NCBI RefSeq assembly: GCF_000015225.1
Contig: NC_008698.1
Location: forward strand, 1,020,001-1,052,000
Source of the DNA: Thermofilum pendens Hrk 5
Lineage (GTDB): Archaea; Thermoproteota; Thermoprotei; Thermofilales; Thermofilaceae
Direction of reading: 5' to 3'
Length of the DNA stretch: 32,000 bases
The translations under genes were made by a program, and so were the position numbers. This document shows, piece after piece, positions 8,512-16,659 of this stretch. The notes below the pieces were generated by a model. That model saw only the letters and a program-made list of their open reading frames with translations, searched no databases and was not told the origin of the DNA. How positions within the stretch are numbered: the first letter of the stretch is position 1; the number at the start of each line of letters is the position of its first letter.

Positions 8512-10251
8512 TTACTCGAAGACCCTAATGCCCCTTCTCTCCAGGTAGCTCCTAGCCCAAGCTCTAACCTCCCTGGACGTGCTCGCGGACTCTACGACCT
8601 CCCTAACCTCCCTCGAAGCCTCCTCGAGGTCTATCCTCCTCACTACGTACTTCACCCTCCCGACGAAGACGGGGGCTACGCTCAGCCCCTGCACCCCGAG
8701 CCCCAGTAGGGCTGGGACGGCGAGGGTTCTGCTAGCCATCTCCCCGCAGACCTCGACCTCCGCCCTCCCGCCCAGCTTGTCCACAGCGTAGGCTATCAGC
8801 CTGAGAACTGCGGGGTTAAGCTCGTCGTACACCTTGCCGACGTGCGCGCTCCCCCTGTCCGCCGCCAGGACGTACTGCGTCAAGTCGTTGGTTCCGAAGC
8901 TGACGAAGCTCAAACCCCCCTTCTCGACTAGCTCGCGGCTGAGAAGCGCGGCGGAGGGGACTTCTACCATCACGCCCAGCCTCGGGACCCTCGCTTCGAA
9001 GCCCTCGCTCCTCAGCTCCTCCTCGGCCCTCCTGACCTCCTCCGAGAGCTCCTCGACCTCCTCGACCGTCGAGACCATGGGGAACATGAGCCTCAAGTCG
9101 CCGTGGACAGCCGCCCTCAGCGCCGCCCTGAGCAGCGGCCTGAGCAGTTTATCCCTGTACTCGAGCAGTAGGCGCGTACCGCGGAGCCCCAGCTGGGGGT
9201 TCGCCTCCTTCGGGAGCTCCAGGAAGTTCACAGGCTTGTCGCCCCCTATATCGGGAGCCCTGACCGTGAGGGGCCTGCCGCCGAGCACCTCCAGACTCTT
9301 CTTGAACAGCCCGTAGAGCTCCTCCTCGCCCGGCGCCTCCTGACGCACCATGTACGCGAACTCTATCCTGAAGAGCCCTATACCGCCGCACCCGTAGCCC
9401 GGAGCGGCTCTGACCTCCTCGAGCCCCCCGGCGTTGCACAACACGTCGACGCGGCGGCCGTCCAGCGTTACGGGCTCGAGCCCCTCCTCCTTCGAGAACA
9501 GCGCTAGCATTCTGTTGTACTCCTCGGCCAACGCCCCGTAGCGTTCCTCCTCCTCGGCCGTCGGGTTGACGAGGAGAACGCCGTTCACGCAGTCCAGCAC
9601 CGCCTCGTCGCCGTCCCTGACGAGGCCAAGGTCGAGCTCTCCGGAGATCATGTAAGGCACTCCCTTGAGCCTCGCCAGTATGGATACGTGGGCCGTCAAC
9701 CCTCCTTTACGGGTCACGAGGCCCGCCAACCCCTCCTCGGCAGCTTCCAGGAACTGTATCGGGTCGAGCTCCTCCGCCACAGCGATCCTCCCGGAGTAGC
9801 CCCCGCCGGCCGTCTTCCCACCGGTCAAAACCGAGACGAGCCTGGACGCGAGGTCCCGGAGGTCCTGCACTCTGAGCGCGAAGAGCTCGCTACCGCTCTT
9901 CAGCATCTCGGCGTACTTCTCGTAGACGCTCTTCACCGCGTACTCGGCGGAGAGGGAAGAGGACTTCACGAGCTCCCCCGCCTCGGCTACGAGGGATTCC
10001 AGCATCAACAGCTGTGCGTCCACGATCTCGCGCTCCGCGGCCGGCAATACCCTCTTAAGCTCTTCCAGCCTCTCCCTAACGAGCGAGCCAGCCCGCGACA
10101 GCCTCTCGAGCTCCCCCTCGACATCGCCGACGCGCCTCTCCTCGACTAGCCCGAGCACGTCGACAGCGCGCACGACGAGTAGACGTCCTCTGGCAACCCC
10201 CTGAGAAACCACCTGGCCTCTAAACTTCAGGCTTTGAGGCACGCTAAACAA
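8512..10251 (-). CDS. ptsI: PTS Enzyme I (phosphoenolpyruvate-protein phosphotransferase)
   Basis: 579 aa. Phospho-His motif GGLTAHVSILARLKGVPY; PEP-binding motifs SFGTNDLTQY and VCGEMAS. The start is TTG 10251 or in-frame GTG 10242. Confidence 0.92.
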   Translation of the reverse strand: MFSVPQSLKFRGQVVSQGVARGRLLVVRAVDVLGLVEERRVGDVEGELERLSRAGSLVRERLEELKRVLPAAEREIVDAQLLMLESLVAEAGELVKSSSLSAEYAVKSVYEKYAEMLKSGSELFALRVQDLRDLASRLVSVLTGGKTAGGGYSGRIAVAEELDPIQFLEAAEEGLAGLVTRKGGLTAHVSILARLKGVPYMISGELDLGLVRDGDEAVLDCVNGVLLVNPTAEEEERYGALAEEYNRMLALFSKEEGLEPVTLDGRRVDVLCNAGGLEEVRAAPGYGCGGIGLFRIEFAYMVRQEAPGEEELYGLFKKSLEVLGGRPLTVRAPDIGGDKPVNFLELPKEANPQLGLRGTRLLLEYRDKLLRPLLRAALRAAVHGDLRLMFPMVSTVEEVEELSEEVRRAEEELRSEGFEARVPRLGVMVEVPSAALLSRELVEKGGLSFVSFGTNDLTQYVLAADRGSAHVGKVYDELNPAVLRLIAYAVDKLGGRAEVEVCGEMASRTLAVPALLGLGVQGLSVAPVFVGRVKYVVRRIDLEEASREVREVVESASTSREVRAWARSYLERRGIRVFE

Positions 10252-10263
10252 CTTCAGGACCCC

Positions 10264-10292
10264 TTATTTAAGCCTGTGCACACCTTTAAGTA
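10264..10292. promoter_or_regulatory. Divergent ptsI/nagA promoter core: two TATA-like TTTAAG elements flanking the palindrome TGTGCACA
   Basis: Arrangement TTTAAG-CC-TGTGCACA-CC-TTTAAG at 10267-10290. The right element lies 25-32 nt upstream of nagA GTG 10317. The left element read on the minus strand (CTTAAATAAGG) lies 13-24 nt upstream of the ptsI start. Confidence 0.4.
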
Positions 10293-10316
10293 GGAGTTCT
10301 CCGCAACATACCCCGG

Positions 10317-11483
10317 GTGGGGCTGTTGAGAGTACTCGTGAAGAACGCCCACGTTCTCACCCCTCTGGGCGACCTCGGGGTCGTCAACGTGATGGTGAAG
10401 GACGGCGTCGTCGAAGGCTTCGACGTCGAGGCTGTCCCCGATAGGGTCGTAGACGCGGAGCGCTACTACGTCGCGCCGGGCTTCATAGACACGCACATAC
10501 ACGGCTACGGAGGCGTAGACGTAACCGAAGCCAGCGCGGAGGAGATACTCGAAATGTCCGGCGGGCTCGCGGAGCACGGGGTCACGGGTTTCCTCGCATC
10601 GACGGTGGCGGCGCCCCACGAGAGACTCCTCCAGGCGTGTAGCAACGTCGCCGCGGCGAGCTCGCGGTGGAGCCCCTCAAAGGGGGCGAGGATCCTCGGA
10701 GTCCACCTTGAAGGTCCATACCTCAACCCGAAGATGAAGGGGGCTATGAACGAGCAGTACTTCCGCAAGCCTAGCCTAAGGGAGCTCGACGAGTACGTCT
10801 CGGCGTCGAGGGGCCTCGTGAGGCAGGTCACAGTAGCCCCCGAAGTCGAGGGTGCCTTGGAGTTCATAGAGGAGGCGAGCAGGAGGGGCATCACGGTGAG
10901 CGTAGGGCACACGGACGCCACGTACGAGCAGGCGCTCAGGGCGGTCGAGGCGGGAGCCCGGAAGGCGAACCACATCTTCAACCAGATGAGGGGCTTCCAC
11001 CACAGGGAGCCTGGCACCGCCATGGCGTTACTCCTAGATACGGACGTCTTCGTGGAGATGATAGTGGACTTCGTGCACCTACACCCGGCGACCGTGAGGC
11101 TTGTTTACCGCCTGGCGGGCCCCCTGAGGACAGTGCTCATAACTGACGCAGTGCGCGCGGCGGGGCTCCCCGACGGCGAGTACACCCTCGGGGGCTTGCG
11201 GATAGTGGTGAAGGAGGGGGTTTCCAGGCTGGCAGACTCGGGGGCTCTCGCCGGCTCGACGCTCACGATGGACAGGGCGGTCAGGAACATGACGAAGGTG
11301 GGTGCGAACACTCTCGAAGCCCTGACGATGGCGAGCTACACCCCGGCGAAAAGCGTAGGGGCTCTTGGAAGGGAGAGGGTCGGCCTGCTCAGACCCGGGT
11401 ACGCGGCGGACATGGTAGTCCTAGACGAGAGGCTAGAGGTTAAGAAAACGATTATAGCCGGAGAAGTCGTGTACGAGGCTTGA
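10317..11483 (+). CDS. nagA: N-acetylglucosamine-6-phosphate deacetylase (NagA/AgaA family amidohydrolase)
   Basis: 388 aa. Metal-binding motif GFIDTHIHGYGGVD, plus HLEGPY, VGHTDA and NHIFNQM, all typical of NagA. Confidence 0.88.
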   Translation: MGLLRVLVKNAHVLTPLGDLGVVNVMVKDGVVEGFDVEAVPDRVVDAERYYVAPGFIDTHIHGYGGVDVTEASAEEILEMSGGLAEHGVTGFLASTVAAPHERLLQACSNVAAASSRWSPSKGARILGVHLEGPYLNPKMKGAMNEQYFRKPSLRELDEYVSASRGLVRQVTVAPEVEGALEFIEEASRRGITVSVGHTDATYEQALRAVEAGARKANHIFNQMRGFHHREPGTAMALLLDTDVFVEMIVDFVHLHPATVRLVYRLAGPLRTVLITDAVRAAGLPDGEYTLGGLRIVVKEGVSRLADSGALAGSTLTMDRAVRNMTKVGANTLEALTMASYTPAKSVGALGRERVGLLRPGYAADMVVLDERLEVKKTIIAGEVVYEA

Positions 11484-11493
11484 GGCGAGGCGG

Positions 11494-13323
11494 ATGGGGG
11501 GCATATTCGGGGCCGTGTCTAGGAGCGGCGGGAACGTCGTCCCGCTCGTCGTGACAGGCCTCGAAAGGCTGAAGTACAGGGGCACCGACAACTCGGGAAT
11601 AGCCGTAGCCCGAGAAGGGCGCCTAGAGGTCTACAAGGACACAGGGCCCATAGACGTGGTAGCGCGCAAGCTAGGCCTCGACAAGCTCCAGGGTAGCGTA
11701 GCCCTCGGGCACACGCGCTACGCCACTCACGGTAGGCCTACAGCCGAGAACGCCCACCCCCACGTCGACTGCGGGAGACGCTTAGCGGTAGTCGGCGACG
11801 GCTCTATCTCGAACTACGAGGAGCTGAAGGACAAGGTGTTACTCAACGGGCACAGGCTAACGTCGAGGAGCGACTTCGAAGTCGTGGCCCACGTCCTGGA
11901 GGAAGCGTTCAGGGAGGGCCGCGCCCCCGAGGCTTTACCGGGAGTGCTCTCCGAGAAGCTGCAGGGCTTCTTCGCCGTAGCCTTCCTGGACGCATCCACG
12001 GGTAGCATCTACGCCGCGACGACGGGGCCGCAACTCTTCCTCGGCGCGTCCCGGGAACTCTTCCTCGTATCTACGAGCAAGTACGCTATGCACGGCTTCG
12101 CGGAGCGCTACAGGGAGGTGAGGAGGGGCGAGGTAGTCCGGGTCTCCAGCGAGGGAGTCGAGGTGTACACGGGCGCGGGGGTCGGGGGGCTCGGGGAACT
12201 ACAACCCTTGCATCTCGACCCCTCCCTTGTGGAGAAGAACGGCTACAAGCACCACATGCTCCGGGAGATATACGAGGTGCCCGAGTCCCTTATGAGGACC
12301 CTGAGCTCCGTGCAGAAGAAGTACCTCCAGCTCGCGGCAAGGCTCGTTACAGGCGCGGACAACGTCTACATAATCGCCAACGGTACGAGCCTGCATGCGG
12401 GGATGGTCGCTTCCTACTACTTCTCGGAGCTCGTAGGGGTAAACCCCGTAGTGGTCAGCGCGGCGGAGTTCCCGCTCTACTACCTCGAAAACATAGGCCC
12501 CGGCAGCCTGGTCCTAGCGATATCCCAGTCCGGCGAGACGGGGGACGTGCTCTCCTCCCTCTACGAGGCGAAGCTCCGCGGGGCGACGATACTGGGCATA
12601 ACGAACTACGTGGGCTCGCGGCTCGCCCGCCTCTCAAACCTCTACCTCCCGATAGCGGCCGGCCCCGAGCTAGCGGTTCCGGCGACGAAGACCTTTACCT
12701 CTACTCTGCTACTGCTGTACCTGGTGGCCCTCAGGGCGTCCAGGCAGGAGGGCAGGATAGACGAGGACACGCTTAACTCGAAGCTAGCCGCGGTAGCCGA
12801 GGCGGCGCGGCAACTCGGGGAGTGGCTACCCAAGGTTGACTCGGAGGCCTCCAAGGCGGCAAACGAGGTATCCGAGTGCAGGGGAGGCTACGTGGTGTCG
12901 AGGGGGCTTACCTACCCGCTCGCGCTCGAAGGGGCCTTGAAGCTGAAAGAAGCCTCCTACTTCCACGCCGAGGGGGTAGAGGCGGGCGAGTTCAAGCACG
13001 GTCCATTCGTACTCGTCGAGAAGGGCTTCGGCGTGGTATTCGTCGTACCTGTCGAGAAAGTCTCCGCCGAGGCTACCTACCCGCTAGTCGGGATGGCTCT
13101 GGAAGCCGGCGCCAAGGTCGTAGCGGTAGGCTTCGCCGGAGACCAGAGCCTGGAAGCCCTCTCGGAGAAAGGCGCCGCCGTCGTAGCCGCGCCGCCCGCG
13201 GAGAGGCACCTCGCGCCGATAGTCCTGGCGGTTCCCCTGCAGCTACTGGCCTACAGGCTGGGCGAGAGGCTTTCAAGACCAATCGATTCCCCGCGCTACC
13301 TGACGAAAGCCGTTACCCAGTGA
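11494..13323 (+). CDS. GlmS-like protein (Ntn glutaminase-like domain + two SIS domains) lacking the catalytic N-terminal Cys; candidate hexosamine-6-phosphate deaminase/isomerase
   Basis: 609 aa and colinear with GlmS. N-terminus is MGGIFG instead of MCGI(V/I)G. Isomerase-domain motifs are retained: SQSGETGD, GEFKHGP and a C-terminal LTKAVTQ. Confidence 0.85.
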   Translation: MGGIFGAVSRSGGNVVPLVVTGLERLKYRGTDNSGIAVAREGRLEVYKDTGPIDVVARKLGLDKLQGSVALGHTRYATHGRPTAENAHPHVDCGRRLAVVGDGSISNYEELKDKVLLNGHRLTSRSDFEVVAHVLEEAFREGRAPEALPGVLSEKLQGFFAVAFLDASTGSIYAATTGPQLFLGASRELFLVSTSKYAMHGFAERYREVRRGEVVRVSSEGVEVYTGAGVGGLGELQPLHLDPSLVEKNGYKHHMLREIYEVPESLMRTLSSVQKKYLQLAARLVTGADNVYIIANGTSLHAGMVASYYFSELVGVNPVVVSAAEFPLYYLENIGPGSLVLAISQSGETGDVLSSLYEAKLRGATILGITNYVGSRLARLSNLYLPIAAGPELAVPATKTFTSTLLLLYLVALRASRQEGRIDEDTLNSKLAAVAEAARQLGEWLPKVDSEASKAANEVSECRGGYVVSRGLTYPLALEGALKLKEASYFHAEGVEAGEFKHGPFVLVEKGFGVVFVVPVEKVSAEATYPLVGMALEAGAKVVAVGFAGDQSLEALSEKGAAVVAAPPAERHLAPIVLAVPLQLLAYRLGERLSRPIDSPRYLTKAVTQ

Positions 13324-13330
13324 CGCCGGA

Positions 13331-14578
13331 ATGGCGGCTATAGGGGTAGCCCTCGGAGCCGTACCCATAACCCCCTCCCCGCCCGCGGGCCACGAGCTCG
13401 CAGGCTACATAGCCAGGCAGGGGCGCTCGCTCGGAGCCCACGACGACGTCGAGGCTAGGTGCATGCTTATAGACTGGCAACCGGCAGTCCTGCTGGTAAA
13501 CCTAGACCTTCTCGGCGTCGACTCGGGGATAGTTGAAACCGTTCACAGGGTGGCGGAAAGGGAGGTCGGGGCGGTGGAGGTCGTTGTAAGCGCTACGCAC
13601 ACCCACTCCGCGCCAGCAACACTCTTCACAAACCCACTGCTGACGTTCGGGGGGAGTTTCCTGCGCCGAGACTACCTGGCATACTTCGAAGAGAGGCTCA
13701 GAATCCTTTTTCAGGACCTCGCGGGGAGGGTTGAGCGGCACGATGTACTCGTAGGGAAGGGATCCGTGAGCGGCGTGGTTACGGACAGGGAGGATCCAGG
13801 CAGAAAGGTGGACGACGAGGCACTGGTAGTCGTGTTTAAAAGGGGGCTCCAGACGGCTGGGTACCTGCTTAACTACGCGGTACACCCCACGGTTCTGGGC
13901 CCCGACAACCTGCTGATCTCGAAGGACCTCGTAGACCCCGTCCTCAGGTACCTGGGCGCGGCGTGGAAAGCGGGGGTAGGCTTGTTCCTGAATGGCGCGG
14001 CTGCAAACGTGTCTACCAGGTTTACGAGAAGGGGGCAAACATTCGAGGAAGCAGAAAGGCTCGGAAAGCTACTCGTGGACCAACTCCTCCTGTTACCTCT
14101 TAGAGGCATGCCCGGGGATGCCGCAGAGGTGGATTTACAAGCCAAAAGGGTCAGTGTGTCCTTTAGGCAACCGTCGCCGGAGGAACTGTCAGCAGCGTTA
14201 CGCGTGGGTGCAGGGTCGGCGCACCCCAGGGTGAGGGAAGCTATCCTCGAAGGCGTGAAAGCGCTGGAGAGGATAACCCCCTACCTATCCTCCGCTGGGC
14301 GCAGCGAGGTCGAGCTACGTGTTCTCAGGATAGGGTCCTTGAGGCTTCTCTTCGCGCCCTTCGAGCTCCACTCCGACTTCTCTCTACGACTGAAGCGGTT
14401 TGCCGGATCCGGTAAGCTGGGGCTCGTAGGCTACTCGGGGGAGTATCTAGGCTACCTCGTCCCAAGGGACTACGCGCTCGGCTATGAGTCTGTCATGCAG
14501 GTTCTCGACGAGGAGAGCTCGGAGAGGGTTTTAAGGGGGTTAGAGGAGGTGTTAGACTTCGATCCACTTCCCGCTTGA
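13331..14578 (+). CDS. Neutral/alkaline ceramidase-like N-terminal-domain hydrolase (putative amidohydrolase), cytoplasmic
   Basis: The pattern G-x-ITP...AGY...G(A)HDD(V)EARC(M)LI...NLDLL...SATHTHSAP resembles the ceramidase-family N-terminal domain. No signal peptide. Third gene of the nagA operon, with a 7-nt spacer. Confidence 0.5.
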   Translation: MAAIGVALGAVPITPSPPAGHELAGYIARQGRSLGAHDDVEARCMLIDWQPAVLLVNLDLLGVDSGIVETVHRVAEREVGAVEVVVSATHTHSAPATLFTNPLLTFGGSFLRRDYLAYFEERLRILFQDLAGRVERHDVLVGKGSVSGVVTDREDPGRKVDDEALVVVFKRGLQTAGYLLNYAVHPTVLGPDNLLISKDLVDPVLRYLGAAWKAGVGLFLNGAAANVSTRFTRRGQTFEEAERLGKLLVDQLLLLPLRGMPGDAAEVDLQAKRVSVSFRQPSPEELSAALRVGAGSAHPRVREAILEGVKALERITPYLSSAGRSEVELRVLRIGSLRLLFAPFELHSDFSLRLKRFAGSGKLGLVGYSGEYLGYLVPRDYALGYESVMQVLDEESSERVLRGLEEVLDFDPLPA

Positions 14579-15664
14579 ACTAGACTCGTAGACGGCGTCG
14601 AGAAGTTTTTGGCTCCGGACACCGTCACTAATTGTCGGGTGGTAGTCTTCCCTCAGCCCCGAGAGGTACTCGAAGAAAGTCTTGTAGAGTATCACGTAGG
14701 AGAACACCCAGCCCTCGAAACTCTTGGGTAGAGGCCAGGCAAGGTCGCCGTAGATCTCCTCGTAGCCCTTAACTATTTTCTCTGTCCTCCCTGTTTCGCG
14801 CCGGTAGAGGTGGAGGACGTGGGGCTCGCTTAGCGAGAACCTCGCACCACCCCTATCCCCGTAAACCTCTACCCTCATTTGCTCCTCGAAGCCCGGCGAT
14901 ACTTTCGAAGCCTCTACTGAGCCCACAGCCCCAGCCTCGTACTCCAGTACTGCGAAGCCAATATCCTCTGTATCAACCCTCCTCTTCAACCCCGTAGCGG
15001 GGTCTACCCTCTCGCCGACAAGCGTGTAAACCTTGCCGAAAACCCTCCTAACCCTCCCCCCAGTCACGTACTCAGACAAGTCGAGTACGTGCACACCTAT
15101 ATCCGCGAAAACCCCTCCACCAGCCACGCTCCTATCCATCCTCCACTCAAACGGTGTATCCTTGTAGGCATGCTTCGCGTGCGCTATAACCCCCCTGAAC
15201 TCCAAGAAGTCGCCAAGCTCTCCCCGCACGACAAGATCCCTCAAAACCTGTATCCCCGGTGTAAACCGGGATACAAGGCAAACAGCGACACTCCTACCAA
15301 CCCTCCTCGAGTATCTCTCAATCTCCTCGGCTTCCCGAGCATTAAAAGCGACAGGCTTCTCGAGCACAACGTTAAACCCCCTCTCGAGTGCCCTCAAAGC
15401 GTAGGGGTAGTGCGTGTTGTTAGGAGAAGCTATACCGACAACGTCCAAATCCTCCCCGAAGAACTCCGACTCACTCGTAGTCCACTTCTCGAAGCCATAC
15501 TGCCTAGCAAGAGCCTCCGCGTGAGCAGGAGTCCTGCTAAACACAACCCTCAACTCAACCTCGGGGAAGCCGCTCCTCCTCACAACCCTCCCAAGACTAG
15601 ACAAGGAGAATGCCTGAGCAGAAGCCGACCACCCAGAGCCTATAAGCCCAACCCTTATCCTCAT
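14552..15664 (-). CDS. Gfo/Idh/MocA-family NAD(P)-dependent oxidoreductase
   Basis: N-terminal Rossmann motif RVGLIGSGW and a conserved EKP motif (VVLEKPVA). ATG 15664 is preferred because GGTG lies 8-11 nt upstream, just after the IIB stop. Confidence 0.8.
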   Translation of the reverse strand: MRIRVGLIGSGWSASAQAFSLSSLGRVVRRSGFPEVELRVVFSRTPAHAEALARQYGFEKWTTSESEFFGEDLDVVGIASPNNTHYPYALRALERGFNVVLEKPVAFNAREAEEIERYSRRVGRSVAVCLVSRFTPGIQVLRDLVVRGELGDFLEFRGVIAHAKHAYKDTPFEWRMDRSVAGGGVFADIGVHVLDLSEYVTGGRVRRVFGKVYTLVGERVDPATGLKRRVDTEDIGFAVLEYEAGAVGSVEASKVSPGFEEQMRVEVYGDRGGARFSLSEPHVLHLYRRETGRTEKIVKGYEEIYGDLAWPLPKSFEGWVFSYVILYKTFFEYLSGLREDYHPTISDGVRSQKLLDAVYESSSSGKWIEV

Positions 15665-15673
15665 TAAGCACAC

Positions 15674-16177
15674 CTAGAATTTCAGTTTTCTAAGCTTCTC
15701 CTCGAGGTCGACGGGTTTCGGCGGGAAGTCTGGGAGCTGCTGGTAGTAGACCTTTATGCCCATGTCGAGGAGTCTTAGTAGCGCTTTGTGCTCCTCCGGT
15801 CCCACGTCGAACGTCTTCTCTACTTTGACGCGCCCAGCCCTGTAGCCCATCTGCCCCGCCAGTATCCAGTCCACCTTTACGCCGGACTTTTCGATGAAGG
15901 CTAGCACGTCGATCGGGTTTTCGAAGAGCATTAAAACCCTGGTGTTATTCCCTACGTTCCTCGCCTTGGCGGCGGCCTCCTCTACCTTTAAAACCTCCAC
16001 GGAGATGCCTGGAGGCGCCAGCATTATTTGCAACTGCTTCAAGGCTGGGTTTCCCGCTATTTTATCGTTGACAACCCATATGGCGTTTGCCTCGAACTTC
16101 TTCGTCCACGCGGCCGTTACCTGCCCGTGGATAAACCTGTCATCTATACGGATAAAGATGTTCTGCTTTTTCTCCAT
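15674..16177 (-). CDS. PTS mannose/fructose/sorbose-family IIB component
   Basis: Signature IRIDDRFIHGQVTAAWTK contains the phospho-His. ATG 16177 is preceded by GGTGGGTGAT. The ORF-track TTG 16192 is the alternative start. Confidence 0.88.
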   Translation of the reverse strand: MEKKQNIFIRIDDRFIHGQVTAAWTKKFEANAIWVVNDKIAGNPALKQLQIMLAPPGISVEVLKVEEAAAKARNVGNNTRVLMLFENPIDVLAFIEKSGVKVDWILAGQMGYRAGRVKVEKTFDVGPEEHKALLRLLDMGIKVYYQQLPDFPPKPVDLEEKLRKLKF

Positions 16178-16218
16178 ATCACCCACCTGCAAGCTTTTTG
16201 GATAACGGTCACCTCTTT

Positions 16219-16659
16219 CTAAAAATCTTTTCCGGAGGGACCCTCTTCCTTTTTACCCGTTAACTCCCGGAGCCCTGGACCTACGAATGCCCTTACACCC
16301 TCCATGCCTGCGCTTTTTGCTCCAAGAACGAGCGACTCCAGGTCTTCGTCCTGGGAGGATAGGAGCTGTATAACCATTGCCATGTTGAAGCCTGTAATCA
16401 CCGCTTTCACCTTGGATTCCTGTAGGAGCATGAGTGCCGCCTTGCTTGGTGTCCCCCCGAAGAGGTCCGCTAAGACTATAGTGTCCCCGTCAACCCTGCT
16501 CGCAAGCTTCTCGTAGTAGTTTTCGAAGCTTTCACCTTCCAGGAGCTCGACGCAGTCGGTGACTTCTTTCACGGAGACCCCTAGGATCATCGCGACTGCC
16601 TCCCGCATGGCACAGCCTAGCCCTCCGTGCGAGGCAAACACTACTCTCAAGGCTCTCAC
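16219..16659 (-). CDS. PTS mannose-family IIA component
   Basis: 146 aa with N-terminal VVFASHGGLG (phospho-His context of EIIA-Man). GTG start in a GTGA overlap with the upstream gene's stop. Confidence 0.85.
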   Translation of the reverse strand: MRALRVVFASHGGLGCAMREAVAMILGVSVKEVTDCVELLEGESFENYYEKLASRVDGDTIVLADLFGGTPSKAALMLLQESKVKAVITGFNMAMVIQLLSSQDEDLESLVLGAKSAGMEGVRAFVGPGLRELTGKKEEGPSGKDF

